DNA of 64,000 nt from Candidatus Saccharimonadota bacterium (lineage in GTDB: Bacteria > Patescibacteriota > Saccharimonadia > Saccharimonadales > UBA10212): assembly GCA_013815775.1 (NCBI GenBank), contig JACDFN010000003.1, positions 14,354 to 78,353 on the forward strand, in the 5' to 3' direction. The notes below the pieces were generated by a model. The model was not told the DNA's origin. It did not search any database and saw nothing but the letters and a program-made list of their open reading frames with translations. This document shows, piece by piece, positions 49,711-64,000 of the stretch. The translations under genes and the position numbers were made by a program. How positions within the stretch are numbered: position 1 is the first letter of the stretch; each line of letters begins with the position of its first letter.

Positions 49711-52260
49711 ATGAACGACGAGCCAAAAATCCAACCAGGTGAGCTAGAACAGCCAAATAACCCTCCCACTACTAATAACTTCGTCCGTAGTGTAGAAAGT
49801 GAGATGGAGCAACGCTATCTACAATACTCCATGAGCGTCATTGTAGCCCGCGCTCTTCCAGATGTAAGGGACGGTTTAAAGCCAGTTCATCGCCGGATCT
49901 TATTCGTTATGGATAAGAATAACCTCCGCTCCACTAGCAAGCACATCAAGAGCGCCCAGATAGTAGGTGAAGTGATGGGTAAATACCACCCTCACGGTGA
50001 CACTGCAATCTATGATGCCATGGTGAGGCTAGCCCAACCTTTCTCAACACGCTATCAACTAGTGGATGGCCAGGGTAACTTTGGCTCTATGGACGGAGAC
50101 CCGGCAGCAGCATACCGATACACAGAGGCTCGTATGACTAAAGCTAGTGAAGCGCTTCTCGAAGATCTTGATAAAGAAACTGTTCCATTCCGCGATAACT
50201 TCGATGGATCTTATCAAGAACCAGAAGTCCTCCCTGCAAAGCTTCCCAACCTGCTATTAAACGGTCAAATGGGCATCGCTGTTGGAATGGCTACCAATAT
50301 TCCGCCCCATAATCTAAATGAGATTATCGACGCTACAGTTCACCTGATTGATAATCCCACAGCAACGGTGGAAGACCTACTGGAGTTCGTAAAAGGACCA
50401 GACTTTCCAACTGGTGGAATAGTTTATGGGCGTGAATCAATCCGATCGGCATTTACAACAGGCAGAGGGGGAGTAGTAGTCAGAGGAGTGGCCAATATTG
50501 AAGAGGGCGCCAAGGGTAGACAGCGGATTGTAGTGACCGAAATTCCTTACGCTGTTAATAAAGCTTCTCTCGTTGAGCGAATTGCAGATTTGTATAGGGA
50601 TAAAAAAATAACCGGTCTCTCTGATCTTCGAGATGAAAGCTCTAAGGGGCTGGTTCGTATAGTTATTGAGCTCAAAAAAGACGCATACCCCAAGAAATTA
50701 CTGAACCAGCTATATAAAATGACTCCTCTACAGACGAGCTTCCACTACAACATGTTGGCATTAGTTGACGGTATTCAACCCCGGGTACTTGGCCTGGCAG
50801 ATATTCTTACCGAATACATAAAACATCGACAGTCGGTGGTGCGTCGGCGCACCGAGTTTGAGCTAAGAAAAGCCAAGGAGAGAGCTCATATCTTAGAAGG
50901 CCTTAAAATTGCTCTAGATAATATAGATGAAGTTATTAAGACTATTCGGGCCAGTCAAACTAGCGAGGAAGCTCAGAATAATCTTATAAAGACGTTCAAG
51001 CTAACTCCTATTCAAGCACAAGCCATACTTTCCATGCAGCTCCGCAAGCTTACCGGTCTAGAGCGCAAAGAGATTGAGACTGAACTCCAAAACTTACTAG
51101 TACTTATTTCAAAGTTAGAGGATATATTGGCTAGTGAGCAAAAGATTTTGAAGATAATTAAGGCCGAATTACTGGCTATGAAAGAGCAATTCGGCGATGA
51201 GCGTAGGACCAAAGTGGTACCGCACGAGCTAGGTAAAATGAGTGACGAGGACCTTGTTCCTGACGAGCAGGTTGTTGTTACGCTTACATCGGCAAACTAT
51301 ATAAAGCGTACTTCAATCGCTGACTACAAGAGACAAGGGCGGGGCGGTAAAGGACGAAGGGGAATGGTCACACGCGAAGAAGACGTGATTGAACATGTTG
51401 TAAATGCCTCTACGCATGATTTTCTATTATTCTTCACGAACAAAGGAAGAGTGTTCAGAATGAAAACATATGAAGTTCCAGCTGTTGGTCTTAGCGCCAA
51501 AGGTATTGCCATTGTTAATTTACTTCAACTTCAGCCTGAGGAAAATGTTAGTTCGGTGATTAATGTCAGTAAAAAAGGCTCGGAAAGCGGGAACCTTTTG
51601 ATGTGTACCGTTCGCGGCGTGGTCAAGAAAACCCCCTTTGAGCAGTATCAGAATGTACGGGCTACCGGACTGATTGCCATCAAGTTGGACGAAGGCGATG
51701 AGTTAAAGTGGATACGCATGACTACCGGCCAGGACGAGGTTATTATTTCAACCTCACACGGCCAAGCTATTCGTTTTCATGAGAAAGATGCCAGGCCTAT
51801 GGGCCGAGCATCCAGAGGTGTTAGGGGCATAAGACTACGAGCAGGAGATAGTGTGATAGGGATGGATATAGTCGAAAAAGACTCGTCACTATTCGTTATT
51901 AGTGAGTTTGGTTACGGTAAGCGTACTAAAGTTAGTCAGTTCACGGCTCACGCGAGAGGGGGAGTTGGCATACGCTCCGCGGTAGTTAATAAGAAGACCG
52001 GCCCACTGATTGGAGTTAAAACTCTAGCTGGCCTTGACCAAGAAGTTATTATTATTTCGGCTCAAGGTCAGACAATTCGACTAGGCCTTAAAAACATTCC
52101 AAGTCTAGGGAGGGCTACCCAGGGGGTACGTATAATGCGCTTAAATGATAAAGACAGGGTAGTATCCCTAGCTCTAGTTGAAAAAATTATTGAAGTCGAA
52201 GAAGAAACCGAGACGGGTGAACCGGCCGTAGAAACTAAAGGCAAAAAAGCCACCAAATAA
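49711..52260 (+). CDS. gyrA: DNA gyrase subunit A
   Basis: [26 protein letters not shown], GyrA box QGRGGKG. Confidence 0.97.
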   Translation: MNDEPKIQPGELEQPNNPPTTNNFVRSVESEMEQRYLQYSMSVIVARALPDVRDGLKPVHRRILFVMDKNNLRSTSKHIKSAQIVGEVMGKYHPHGDTAIYDAMVRLAQPFSTRYQLVDGQGNFGSMDGDPAAAYRYTEARMTKASEALLEDLDKETVPFRDNFDGSYQEPEVLPAKLPNLLLNGQMGIAVGMATNIPPHNLNEIIDATVHLIDNPTATVEDLLEFVKGPDFPTGGIVYGRESIRSAFTTGRGGVVVRGVANIEEGAKGRQRIVVTEIPYAVNKASLVERIADLYRDKKITGLSDLRDESSKGLVRIVIELKKDAYPKKLLNQLYKMTPLQTSFHYNMLALVDGIQPRVLGLADILTEYIKHRQSVVRRRTEFELRKAKERAHILEGLKIALDNIDEVIKTIRASQTSEEAQNNLIKTFKLTPIQAQAILSMQLRKLTGLERKEIETELQNLLVLISKLEDILASEQKILKIIKAELLAMKEQFGDERRTKVVPHELGKMSDEDLVPDEQVVVTLTSANYIKRTSIADYKRQGRGGKGRRGMVTREEDVIEHVVNASTHDFLLFFTNKGRVFRMKTYEVPAVGLSAKGIAIVNLLQLQPEENVSSVINVSKKGSESGNLLMCTVRGVVKKTPFEQYQNVRATGLIAIKLDEGDELKWIRMTTGQDEVIISTSHGQAIRFHEKDARPMGRASRGVRGIRLRAGDSVIGMDIVEKDSSLFVISEFGYGKRTKVSQFTAHARGGVGIRSAVVNKKTGPLIGVKTLAGLDQEVIIISAQGQTIRLGLKNIPSLGRATQGVRIMRLNDKDRVVSLALVEKIIEVEEETETGEPAVETKGKKATK

Positions 52261-52281
52261 ATCAATAGTTTGTTGCTTATG

Positions 52282-52327
52282 CTACATCAATATTGAGTTG
52301 ACTACCCCTGAATTTATGCGCTATACT
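52282..52327 (+). promoter_or_regulatory. 16S rRNA promoter
   Basis: CTACATCA-N8-TTGACTACCCCTG...TATACT. Confidence 0.7.
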
Positions 52328-52503
52328 TGGTCTAGCTTTAAGGGTGCCTGTTTTTGAGTGTTATAAAACTACTTAAAAAGACACAAAGAAAGAGAACAGG
52401 GCCAGTTCGCTAAAAACGTAGCGAGCCTATCCCTTTAAGCGTTCATTGAAAATTAAGTAGTGCAAATCAACGTCAGTTCAAATCTGAAGTTAAAATCAGA
52501 TTC

Positions 52504-53974
<1,471 letters not shown>

Positions 53975-54133
53975 TAGGGAGAACACTAGCATCAATCGTG
54001 GCAACACATTGAGAGCTAGGTCGATATCGATAAACTTTTACCAGTACTGAAGAGTTTATTCTCCACTTCGGTGGACGATACACAGTACTAAAATATGACT
54101 GACGTTGAGATGCACTACTCAGAGTTTAATACT

Positions 54134-54159
54134 CAAAACCGCCTGTAAGGGCGGTTTTG
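54134..54159 (+). terminator. Terminator after 16S
   Basis: CAAAACCGCC-TGTAAG-GGCGGTTTTG. Confidence 0.8.
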
Positions 54160-54227
54160 TAGTTAACGACGCATCGTTTATAGATATAGCTATTGTCTTT
54201 TATCTCTACTTATGTCATAGTCTATAA

Positions 54228-55544
54228 ATGGAAAAAAGACAAAAAAATGAACAATCACTGCTAACGGGCAATCGGCGCGTTGGTTTTACTGATCTAGCTG
54301 AAGCTTTCCAACAATATCCTGAAAAAATCCGGGAAATACTTCAGCTTAGCCACACTCTGGACTTCTACCCCTATCGCAGTGGACTTTTCCCGGCTTCAGC
54401 TTTGCCTGGTGAACTGGGTGAAATAACCAGCATGGGTATGGCCTGGCTGCGCGATAGTGCTCATATAGCTGACGGTTTATGGCAAAGTGGCGATACAGAA
54501 AGTGCTACGGCTGCCGGCCGCGCTATTCTGGATATATTCAAAGACCAAAACACCATACACAAGATGGAAGGCATTATCAATGGTAGTCTCGACCCGAAAG
54601 ACCCGAATTCTCGCCCTCCAGTACGGGTTGACGGCGATACGCTTATTTATACTGGCTATAATGATGCTAATATTCAAAATGACTCGGTTGGATATTCGAT
54701 TTGGCTAGCTAGCCGATTAATTAAGAACGGGGAAATAAATACATCTGCCGATGATATCAATACACTAGCTTTGATAACTCGTTACCTAGGAGCAATCCGC
54801 TACTGGGAAGATGCCGATAGCGGCCATTGGGAGGAAACCCGTAAAGTTAACGCTTCCAGTATAGGCGTGGTTGTAGCCGGCCTTAAATCGACGAAAGAAT
54901 TGTTTGTTAGCCTGGGCTATAACCATAATTCTTTGGAGCTAACAGACCTTATTAATAAGGGAGCAGAGACTTTAAATCAGATCCTACCTTATGAATCGCC
55001 TGGACCGGGAGAACTTGAGCGTCGTTATGATTCAGCCTTACTGTTTTTGGTTGAGCCAATGAATGTTGTTAGTCCCGAACAGGCAAGAATGATCGTTGAC
55101 GACATAACGCGGCATATGGTGAGAGACATCGGTATTGCCCGTTATCCCAAAGATTCTTATTGGCACCCCGACTTTCGAGATGAAGTAAAGCTTGGTGAAC
55201 GAGCGACTTTCATCCCAGGTGCATTTGAAAAACGGGAAACCTTAGCTCAGGAAAACAATGAAGCCCAGTGGACTCTTTTCGACCCGCTACTTTCTGTCTA
55301 TTGGGGAAAGCAGTTTAAAGAGACAGGCAATACGAGTGCTCGGGAAAGGCAAATGTGGCACCTTAATCGCTCATTAGGTCAGTTAGTCTGCGGCGGTCCG
55401 GACGGACAATCGTTGCTATTGCCAGAAGCATACTTTTTGGAGAGAGGCCAATGGGTAGCTAATGACCACGTGCCATTGCTGTGGAGTCAGGCTAATTTGA
55501 TGCTAGCGCTTGATATGTTTGAGAAGACCTCGAGACAAGCCTAG
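54228..55544 (+). CDS. GH15-like (alpha/alpha)6 hydrolase, phosphorylase-kinase-alpha/beta-like
   Basis: WLRD, QNDS, DSGHWEE, ASSIG, PYES, D.ALL, GIARY..DSY, LPEAY, PLLWS. Confidence 0.8.
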   Translation: MEKRQKNEQSLLTGNRRVGFTDLAEAFQQYPEKIREILQLSHTLDFYPYRSGLFPASALPGELGEITSMGMAWLRDSAHIADGLWQSGDTESATAAGRAILDIFKDQNTIHKMEGIINGSLDPKDPNSRPPVRVDGDTLIYTGYNDANIQNDSVGYSIWLASRLIKNGEINTSADDINTLALITRYLGAIRYWEDADSGHWEETRKVNASSIGVVVAGLKSTKELFVSLGYNHNSLELTDLINKGAETLNQILPYESPGPGELERRYDSALLFLVEPMNVVSPEQARMIVDDITRHMVRDIGIARYPKDSYWHPDFRDEVKLGERATFIPGAFEKRETLAQENNEAQWTLFDPLLSVYWGKQFKETGNTSARERQMWHLNRSLGQLVCGGPDGQSLLLPEAYFLERGQWVANDHVPLLWSQANLMLALDMFEKTSRQA

Positions 55545-55592
55545 CGGTTATTGCTGTTGCTTTTTTAAACCTTTTATGCTAATATAGATACA

Positions 55593-55886
55593 ATGACAAA
55601 AATAAAAAAAACACCAGAAGAAGCAGAAGAAAAGTTAGCAATGCAACCCCCTGAAACGGAGTATGTTTCAGAGAGCTACGTAATTAACTTGCCTGCTACC
55701 AACGAGCATCTAGGAGACCCTTGGAGCCTGCGTAAATATGCATCTGAGGTGATGAACAGGGAAATTGGCGACGAGGTACAGCTAACATCTCTTAGAATTA
55801 AAAGACCTGGTTTAACCTCTCGTGGCACCGCTAAGCTTTTTAGTCGAACACCTAGGGTTAGGCTTTATGTTACGACAAAGTTCTAA
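55593..55886 (+). CDS. Hypothetical protein
   Basis: Clean ORF with an extended -10 box 7 nt upstream. Confidence 0.6.
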   Translation: MTKIKKTPEEAEEKLAMQPPETEYVSESYVINLPATNEHLGDPWSLRKYASEVMNREIGDEVQLTSLRIKRPGLTSRGTAKLFSRTPRVRLYVTTKF

Positions 55887-56086
55887 AACATAGGCACCAA
55901 AAGAAACGCCATATTGGCCGCTATGACTACGAACCCGACAATCTTAATTACATAGGGGTTGTCTAGATCTCTGATAATGCCGGTGCCTGCGTATTGTCCC
56001 AGCCAGCGGACGACTTCATGACTCCACTTAATCAGGGCAAACCCAACCGCGATACCTAGTAATGATTCCATTAATGACATAACCAT
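55883..56086 (-). CDS. Small membrane protein (2 TM)
   Basis: Two hydrophobic segments; convergent with the previous ORF. Confidence 0.55.
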   Translation of the reverse strand: MVMSLMESLLGIAVGFALIKWSHEVVRWLGQYAGTGIIRDLDNPYVIKIVGFVVIAANMAFLLVPMF

Positions 56087-56196
56087 TTATTCTCACTGGT
56101 AGTATAAACCATCAAAGCTTGAGTTTTAAGGAGTTTTTACGTACAATACCTCTGTTCTTTTACCCAATAATAAATTAAAAATATAGGTTGTTTTGA

Positions 56197-56273
56197 GGGC
56201 TTGTAGCTCAGTTGGTTAGAGCGCGTCACTGATAATGACGAGGTCCCAGGTTCAAGTCCTGGCAAGCCCACCA
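56197..56273 (+). tRNA. tRNA-Ile(GAT)
   Basis: GGGCTTG...CAAGCCCACCA, anticodon GAT. Confidence 0.97.
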
Positions 56274-56279
56274 ATCACA

Positions 56280-56474
56280 ATGACAGATTACGGGAAGGAT
56301 AAGACGCTAAAATTAGCCGCAGCGACTGTTACGGCAATCTTTGCAGTTGGTCTAGGCGGAGCCCTGATAGTGGAGTCAGCTCTGGGTCTTATTATCCTAG
56401 TCAGTCTAGAAGCCGTGCTCTTAATAGGAGCCGGAATAGTACTGAACCGTATGTCAAAAGATAAGGGGCATTAG
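56280..56474 (+). CDS. 64-aa two-TM membrane protein filling the tRNA-Ile/tRNA-Ala spacer
   Basis: MTDYGKDKTLKLAAATVTAIFAVGLGG...; stop codon lies inside tRNA-Ala. Confidence 0.6.
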   Translation: MTDYGKDKTLKLAAATVTAIFAVGLGGALIVESALGLIILVSLEAVLLIGAGIVLNRMSKDKGH

Positions 56475-56541
56475 CTCAGTTGGCTAGAGCACCACATTTG
56501 CAATGTGGGGGTCATCGGTTCGAGTCCGATATGCTCCACCA
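56465..56541 (+). tRNA. tRNA-Ala(TGC)
   Basis: GGGGCAT...ATGCTCCACCA, G3:U70 pair, anticodon TGC. Confidence 0.97.
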
Positions 56542-56569
56542 AGATACCTTATCGATCTGATATTAAATT

Positions 56570-56610
56570 CCCCCGGGTCGCTCGCTTGCGAGCAACCCGG
56601 GGGTTTTGTT
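56570..56610. terminator. Terminator between tRNA-Ala and the convergent glycoside hydrolase gene
   Basis: CCCCCGGGTCGCTCGC-TT-GCGAGCAACCCGGGGG-TTTT. Confidence 0.8.
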
Positions 56611-57727
56611 ATCCGCAGTTTGCAATGGCGCCCGATTGGGCATCCACTACTGCCTGGCGGAAGGCGGGCAGTGACGACTTCGGAGTGGCGTCAGCATAGA
56701 AGGATCCGGACTGCCAAGCGGACAAGTCGCTCTCGTCACTGGTGTGAAAGAACGAGGTACCGATGACAGTCGGCTGGCAGGCGGCCAGCTCCAGAGCCTG
56801 GCGGTAGAACAACGCCTGAGTAGCTTCGCTAACCGCTTTAGTCGAGGGAGGCTCTGCGGAGTGGTACAAAGACCGCTTGTGAGGCGGAATAATGCTGTCC
56901 ACTCCGTATTCCATGTAGGCGATGGGTAACCTCGAGCCGGCTTGGGCTGTGCGGTTGAAAGCCTCCTCGAGAGCCGCTACCAGCTTCTTGTAGTCGGCGA
57001 AGCCGACATAGGCGCCCTCATGCAAAGCTTCCGGTGACTCGCTGGAGTTTACCCCGTAAGGATGGTACGAAAGAACGTCCATGAGGGGCTTTGTGCGTCC
57101 ACTTTCACGGAAGGCTTTGCCCATTTCCTTGATGTACTCAACCGAGCCACGTGAGGCAAGCCCGCCCCCGTAGACCCGGATGTCGGCCGAAATAGCCTTT
57201 AGCTCGTCATAAGCTTGGGCTAGCACCGTCACGTAGTTCTTGGCGGCGTCTTTTTGGGGCCGCCAGAACGACGGGGAATTGACTTCGTTTCCGATGACGA
57301 AGTCCTTAACTCCGTGAACTAACGTGAGTCCTGTTTTGTCTGTAGTACCTCCTTGCAGAGAGTGGGCCAGGGTGGACAGGAATGTCCGGTACTGGCGCCG
57401 CTGACCGGGTCCGATAGGCGCGCGACCGTACGGTGATACCGACAGAATCATGCGGATGCCGGATAGTTCTGCGGCTGCTACTGAGTTTCTGATGCTTTGA
57501 ACGTCCTGAGGGGACGGCCAAGGCTGGCCTGGTGACCAGGGAATGATCTGCCTGACGACTGTAAAGCCGGCCAGGGAAGTGAGCCTCATCTTCGCGTAAG
57601 CAACTTGAAGATCAGGTTGGAACGCTGAATTCGAAGCCACACCCACCCACTTGGGCGGTGCTGCCTCCGATGACTTTGTTCCCCCCGCTAGCAGCATAAG
57701 GAACGCTACGAGCAGGAATTTCGTCAT
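56609..57727 (-). CDS. Secreted clan GH-A (GH5/GH39-like) glycoside hydrolase, GC-rich
   Basis: Signal peptide; IGNEVN (acid/base), SYHPY, PIAYMEYG (nucleophile). Confidence 0.8.
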   Translation of the reverse strand: MTKFLLVAFLMLLAGGTKSSEAAPPKWVGVASNSAFQPDLQVAYAKMRLTSLAGFTVVRQIIPWSPGQPWPSPQDVQSIRNSVAAAELSGIRMILSVSPYGRAPIGPGQRRQYRTFLSTLAHSLQGGTTDKTGLTLVHGVKDFVIGNEVNSPSFWRPQKDAAKNYVTVLAQAYDELKAISADIRVYGGGLASRGSVEYIKEMGKAFRESGRTKPLMDVLSYHPYGVNSSESPEALHEGAYVGFADYKKLVAALEEAFNRTAQAGSRLPIAYMEYGVDSIIPPHKRSLYHSAEPPSTKAVSEATQALFYRQALELAACQPTVIGTSFFHTSDESDLSAWQSGSFYADATPKSSLPAFRQAVVDAQSGAIANCG

Positions 57728-57865
57728 TATCTACACCTCTCTCCGTAGGCAGGAATATCTACGCTACTGCAACTGTGTGTGAAGCAGTTAGGCTAGAGTA
57801 TACATGCAAAAGCTTTAAAAGTTAGAGATTTAACACAAAAAACAGGTGCCAAAGCGTATACTTTT

Positions 57866-57910
57866 CTACATCAGTTTACGATTGACTACCCCTGTTATAA
57901 TTGTTAAGAT
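57866..57910 (+). promoter_or_regulatory. Independent 23S-5S promoter
   Basis: CTACATCA-N8-TTGACTACCCCTG; -35 to -10 (TAAGAT) spacing 17. Confidence 0.7.
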
Positions 57911-58164
57911 ATTAAGGTTGTTTGAGTACGGCCAGTCGATGAACGCCGACATAGCGCGCGTTTTCTGGGCTTACTCAAACTCTTTAAGTACAATCTGTCG
58001 CGTTTAGTGGTGGATAAAGTAGGCCTGTATCTTAAAAACTAGGGTAGACGTGCATTAGTGAAGTGCACGTTTTAATTTAGCAAATGACAAACGGCAATTG
58101 GTGATTAACCAATAGCTAGTCAATTGCACTTGACACACCCTTCATCTTCGGATGAAAGGTGTAA

Positions 58165-61328
<3,164 letters not shown>

Positions 61329-61622
61329 GTCCTCACAGACGAGCCATGAGGCTTTACTTGCGAGAGTCTGTGAGGGCTGGTGCATTGACTAGCTATTGGT
61401 AGTCAGCAAATAGCTGATTACCGGTCATTTGTTAAATATCTAACTGTTATTTGGCATCAAAGGATGTTACATTTACATCGTACTCGTGCATTAATAATTC
61501 ATTGGCGTCGACTTCCGCTACTTTTCTTAACAAGGGAAAGGTAGTAGCCGCAGTCTGCTTTAGCAAATTCGGATTTATTCCGAAAGCGGCGTTGAAGGAA
61601 AACCGTAGGTTGTCCTTCAAGG

Positions 61623-61740
61623 TAGTCGGTGCCCATGGCGCTAGGGAAACACCTGTTCCCATCCCGAACACAGCAGTTAAGCCTAGCAGCGGTTACAATA
61701 CTTGGGTTTAACCCTGGGAAAATAGCACGGTGCCGAACTA
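61623..61740 (+). rRNA. rrf: 5S rRNA
   Basis: CACCTGTTCCCATCCCGAACACAGCAGTTAAG; paired ends. Confidence 0.95.
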
Positions 61741-61741
61741 T

Positions 61742-61776
61742 AAGAGAGCCCCCGGAAACGGGGGTTTTCTTCTTTT
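61742..61776 (+). terminator. Terminator after 5S
   Basis: GCCCCCG-GAAA-CGGGGGT followed by T-rich tail. Confidence 0.85.
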
Positions 61777-62037
61777 CAAGAAGCAATACTAGCTATCCTG
61801 GGCGGCAGGGTAGCGCCCAGCGCCGGGCTGCGTTCAAACGGTATAGTCTTCGCTTGCCGGAAAGTTGGCCAAACCGAACTCCCTTCGGTCAAACATGCGT
61901 TTGGCCTTCATCTTTCCGGCCATGCTCATCCTTCTGTTTAAGCCGATCCCCGAAACCATAAACGGAATAATCTGACATTGACGTAAGAGAATTAGTGTAG
62001 TATAATATTAAATAATTAGGTTTATTAAGGAATTAAT

Positions 62038-62457
62038 ATGAGCGACAGATATCCAAATTTTGAGTCCCATCATTTGTCTGATCTGTATTTGGAAACTCAA
62101 ACCGATCGAGTTAAAAATCTGGTCAGCAATGCTGATACTATTATAATTCACACAACGCATGAAGCATACATAAAGGAGTTGGCACAGTCGTTCAACCTTC
62201 CTGAGGATGCAGCCGAGAGCTTGCGCAACGATTTCTTTAGACAGCGCGCCGAAATATTACGTAGATTAGATGCATCTGAAGAGCGTGTTGATTTTAGCGA
62301 ACCTTTACCTGTTGATCAACTTTCTGCCTTTAGCACTATGCTTCCAGAATATACTATCTCTGATGTAGCATTCCTGTCTGATGCTGATGCGGTTGCAGAG
62401 GTAAGGGAATGGATGGCGGCTGAACAGAGTGATATAGAAGGCGAGCAGGGAGTTTAA
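62038..62457 (+). CDS. Acidic hypothetical protein (array member 1)
   Basis: TTGACG/TATAAT-like promoter, AAGGA SD, MSD...EQGV. Confidence 0.7.
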   Translation: MSDRYPNFESHHLSDLYLETQTDRVKNLVSNADTIIIHTTHEAYIKELAQSFNLPEDAAESLRNDFFRQRAEILRRLDASEERVDFSEPLPVDQLSAFSTMLPEYTISDVAFLSDADAVAEVREWMAAEQSDIEGEQGV

Positions 62458-62460
62458 ATT

Positions 62461-62619
62461 ATGAGCGAGCATTTAGTAAATCCGCCTGCCGAAGGCACTA
62501 CAGATGAGGATTGGGGTTTTGAGCCAGCGGGTTGGGAAGACAGATTCATAGTCCGCTCAATGGAGAAGCTGCTAGACTTGCTAGGTAGATTAAAAGGCGA
62601 AGAAGCCGAAGGAGTTTAA
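62461..62619 (+). CDS. 52-aa acidic protein (array member 2, not in the ORF track)
   Basis: GGAG SD; MSEHLVNPPAEG...EAEGV. Confidence 0.65.
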   Translation: MSEHLVNPPAEGTTDEDWGFEPAGWEDRFIVRSMEKLLDLLGRLKGEEAEGV

Positions 62620-62620
62620 T

Positions 62621-62926
62621 ATGAGCGAATTTTTTCCATCAGAGCCCGGTTCTGGTCTTATGCCGGAAAAGGATCAATTACCTAACGATTTAGTCACTGG
62701 TGTTCACAGTGAACATGATATAGCGGTGGAGCAAGCATTAAAGACTTCTTTTGAACGCATTACTACAGCCTATGAATCACCTCCCCCACATCTGCAGATA
62801 GGTATAAGGGATTTAGAGATGGAAGAAATCGAAAGATTTATACATGATCCACTCTATGAACTAATTCGCGAACGTATGCGTCAACAAGACACAGATTCAA
62901 AAGAAGTAGAAGACCAAGGAGTTTAA
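62621..62926 (+). CDS. Acidic hypothetical protein (array member 3)
   Basis: AAGGAG SD; MSE...EDQGV. Confidence 0.7.
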   Translation: MSEFFPSEPGSGLMPEKDQLPNDLVTGVHSEHDIAVEQALKTSFERITTAYESPPPHLQIGIRDLEMEEIERFIHDPLYELIRERMRQQDTDSKEVEDQGV

Positions 62927-62927
62927 T

Positions 62928-63041
62928 ATGGCTGAACGTGAATACGCACACGAAAACCTCGTTGATTCAGCGATGATTGTAGTTAGCAGACGGTCAGCTT
63001 CAGCTGACACTTTCAATGAAGTACCACTTCGAGCTTCTTAA
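62928..63041 (+). CDS. 37-aa protein (array member 4, not in the ORF track)
   Basis: AAGGAG SD; MAEREYAHENLVDS... Confidence 0.5.
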   Translation: MAEREYAHENLVDSAMIVVSRRSASADTFNEVPLRAS

Positions 63042-63145
63042 CCCTAGCTTCTGTTTTTCCGATGCCCGGGCCCATTTAAATCTGCTTCCTCGAGCCCGAG
63101 AAGATAGTTCCTGGCTTATAGCCTGAAGGATGTTCTTGATTCTGA

Positions 63146-63445
63146 CTAAGACGGTATTTGCATATCCGCATCAAGCGCTGATCTAAAAGCGTAAAACTGC
63201 TCTAGGAGAGGGTCCGCGCCCGTCTCACCAAAAAAGGCTTCTCGACGGTCTTGTAATTCCGCAAACAGCGCCACTCGGCGTTCGGACAACAGCATCCCCC
63301 TATCTATTTTTACTAGGAATTTAGCATTGCCAAGCTCTAGCTCTAAAGGGTCGGCTAATTTTTCTAGCTCAGATTTGACATCGTTTAACCACTGGTCAGC
63401 TTTTTCTTTCATGCCCGCTTCACGGGAAGGATCCATTTCAAACAT
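63146..63445 (-). CDS. Hypothetical helical protein
   Basis: Protein-like composition from MFEMDPS. Confidence 0.55.
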   Translation of the reverse strand: MFEMDPSREAGMKEKADQWLNDVKSELEKLADPLELELGNAKFLVKIDRGMLLSERRVALFAELQDRREAFFGETGADPLLEQFYAFRSALDADMQIPS

Positions 63446-63618
63446 CGCCAAATAATACAATAAATCTAGCAAAAATGCCAACGTTGTTTGTTCTAGGAGC
63501 CCGAATTTCTGTTTTTCAGATGCTCCCGGACCCACTTAAACCTGCTTTCTAGAGTTAGAAGGGCCCTTTTATCTTTTTGAGCCGGAAGAGTATAATTTGC
63601 CAAAGAAGTAAACAACGT

Positions 63619-63816
63619 ATGTCAGAAATTATAAATCAGCCACCACAAGAAGTCTTAAGCGACTACAGTATGCCCTCTGCCGAGGAAATAACAGCGGTTG
63701 AGGCAATGTTGGAAGCCACTGAGTCAATAATTGTGAGCCCGGAACAACGTGCCAAAATGTGGAACGTAGTTATAGACCAAATTAGGGCTGAAAGAGCGAA
63801 GGGGGAAAGGGGATAG
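63619..63816 (+). CDS. Small acidic hypothetical protein
   Basis: TATAAT upstream; MSEIINQ... Confidence 0.55.
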   Translation: MSEIINQPPQEVLSDYSMPSAEEITAVEAMLEATESIIVSPEQRAKMWNVVIDQIRAERAKGERG

Positions 63817-63842
63817 AGCCGACAGTTTGCTATAGTTTAGGC

Positions 63843-64000
63843 ATGGACGAAGGATGGAAAGTTGAGCATATAGATAACGTCCCACCAATGAAAGACACCT
63901 TTCAAAAGGGCTGGAAATCTGTCCGTTGGCATATGGGCATTGAAGCTTTTGGTGTCAATGCTGCTACGAAAGACAAAGGCGAATGGTTAACTCCGGTTCA
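63843..64000 (+). CDS. 3'-truncated probable cupin-family protein
   Basis: WKSVRWHMGIEAFGVNA motif; TGcTATAGT 6 nt before the ATG. Confidence 0.6.
   Translation, partial: MDEGWKVEHIDNVPPMKDTFQKGWKSVRWHMGIEAFGVNAATKDKGEWLTPV

Noticed and set aside
61790..61978. Short minus-strand ORFs (29 aa MSDYSVYG..., 41 aa MVSGIG...) after 5S
   Set aside because: Competing short frames with no SD or recognisable motif; cannot choose between them

Overview
Chromosomal window of a Patescibacteria (CPR) bacterium, almost certainly Saccharibacteria/TM7: the 16S carries TM7-type signatures (CATAAAGGAATTGACGGGGAC; GGAAGGAGGGGATGATGTCAGGTC), ThrRS lacks the editing domain, and the pilins are CPR-style. It holds a complete type IV pilus locus (pilMNOP-B-T-C-A-D, minor pilins, a large putative adhesin), housekeeping genes (tlyA, ychF, xer, ndk, tgt, thrS, miaA, rpmB, infC-rpmI-rplT, comM, gyrBA), 8 tRNAs and RNase P RNA. 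The rRNA locus is split: the 16S-tRNAIle-tRNAAla-23S order is kept, but the spacer holds protein genes and the 23S has its own copy of the 16S promoter motif. Most novel-looking: (i) unannotated structured RNAs, namely a promoter/terminator-bounded sRNA with repeated CCAAA(C) motifs, an RNA at 41.2 kb sharing a bipartite motif with the pilA 5'UTR, and a compact 6S-like rod; (ii) several genes resembling Thermoleophilia (Gaiellales/Solirubrobacterales) families, including an Rpf-type transglycosylase, hinting at the host lineage; (iii) two membrane-protein ORFs starting exactly 6 nt after a tRNA CCA end; (iv) a tandem array of small acidic ORFs joined by a repeated GGAGTTTAA(T/ATT)ATG junction; (v) pervasive leaderless-type gene starts. 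No CRISPR, IS or prophage seen. All calls were made by eye; no searches or folding programs were run.
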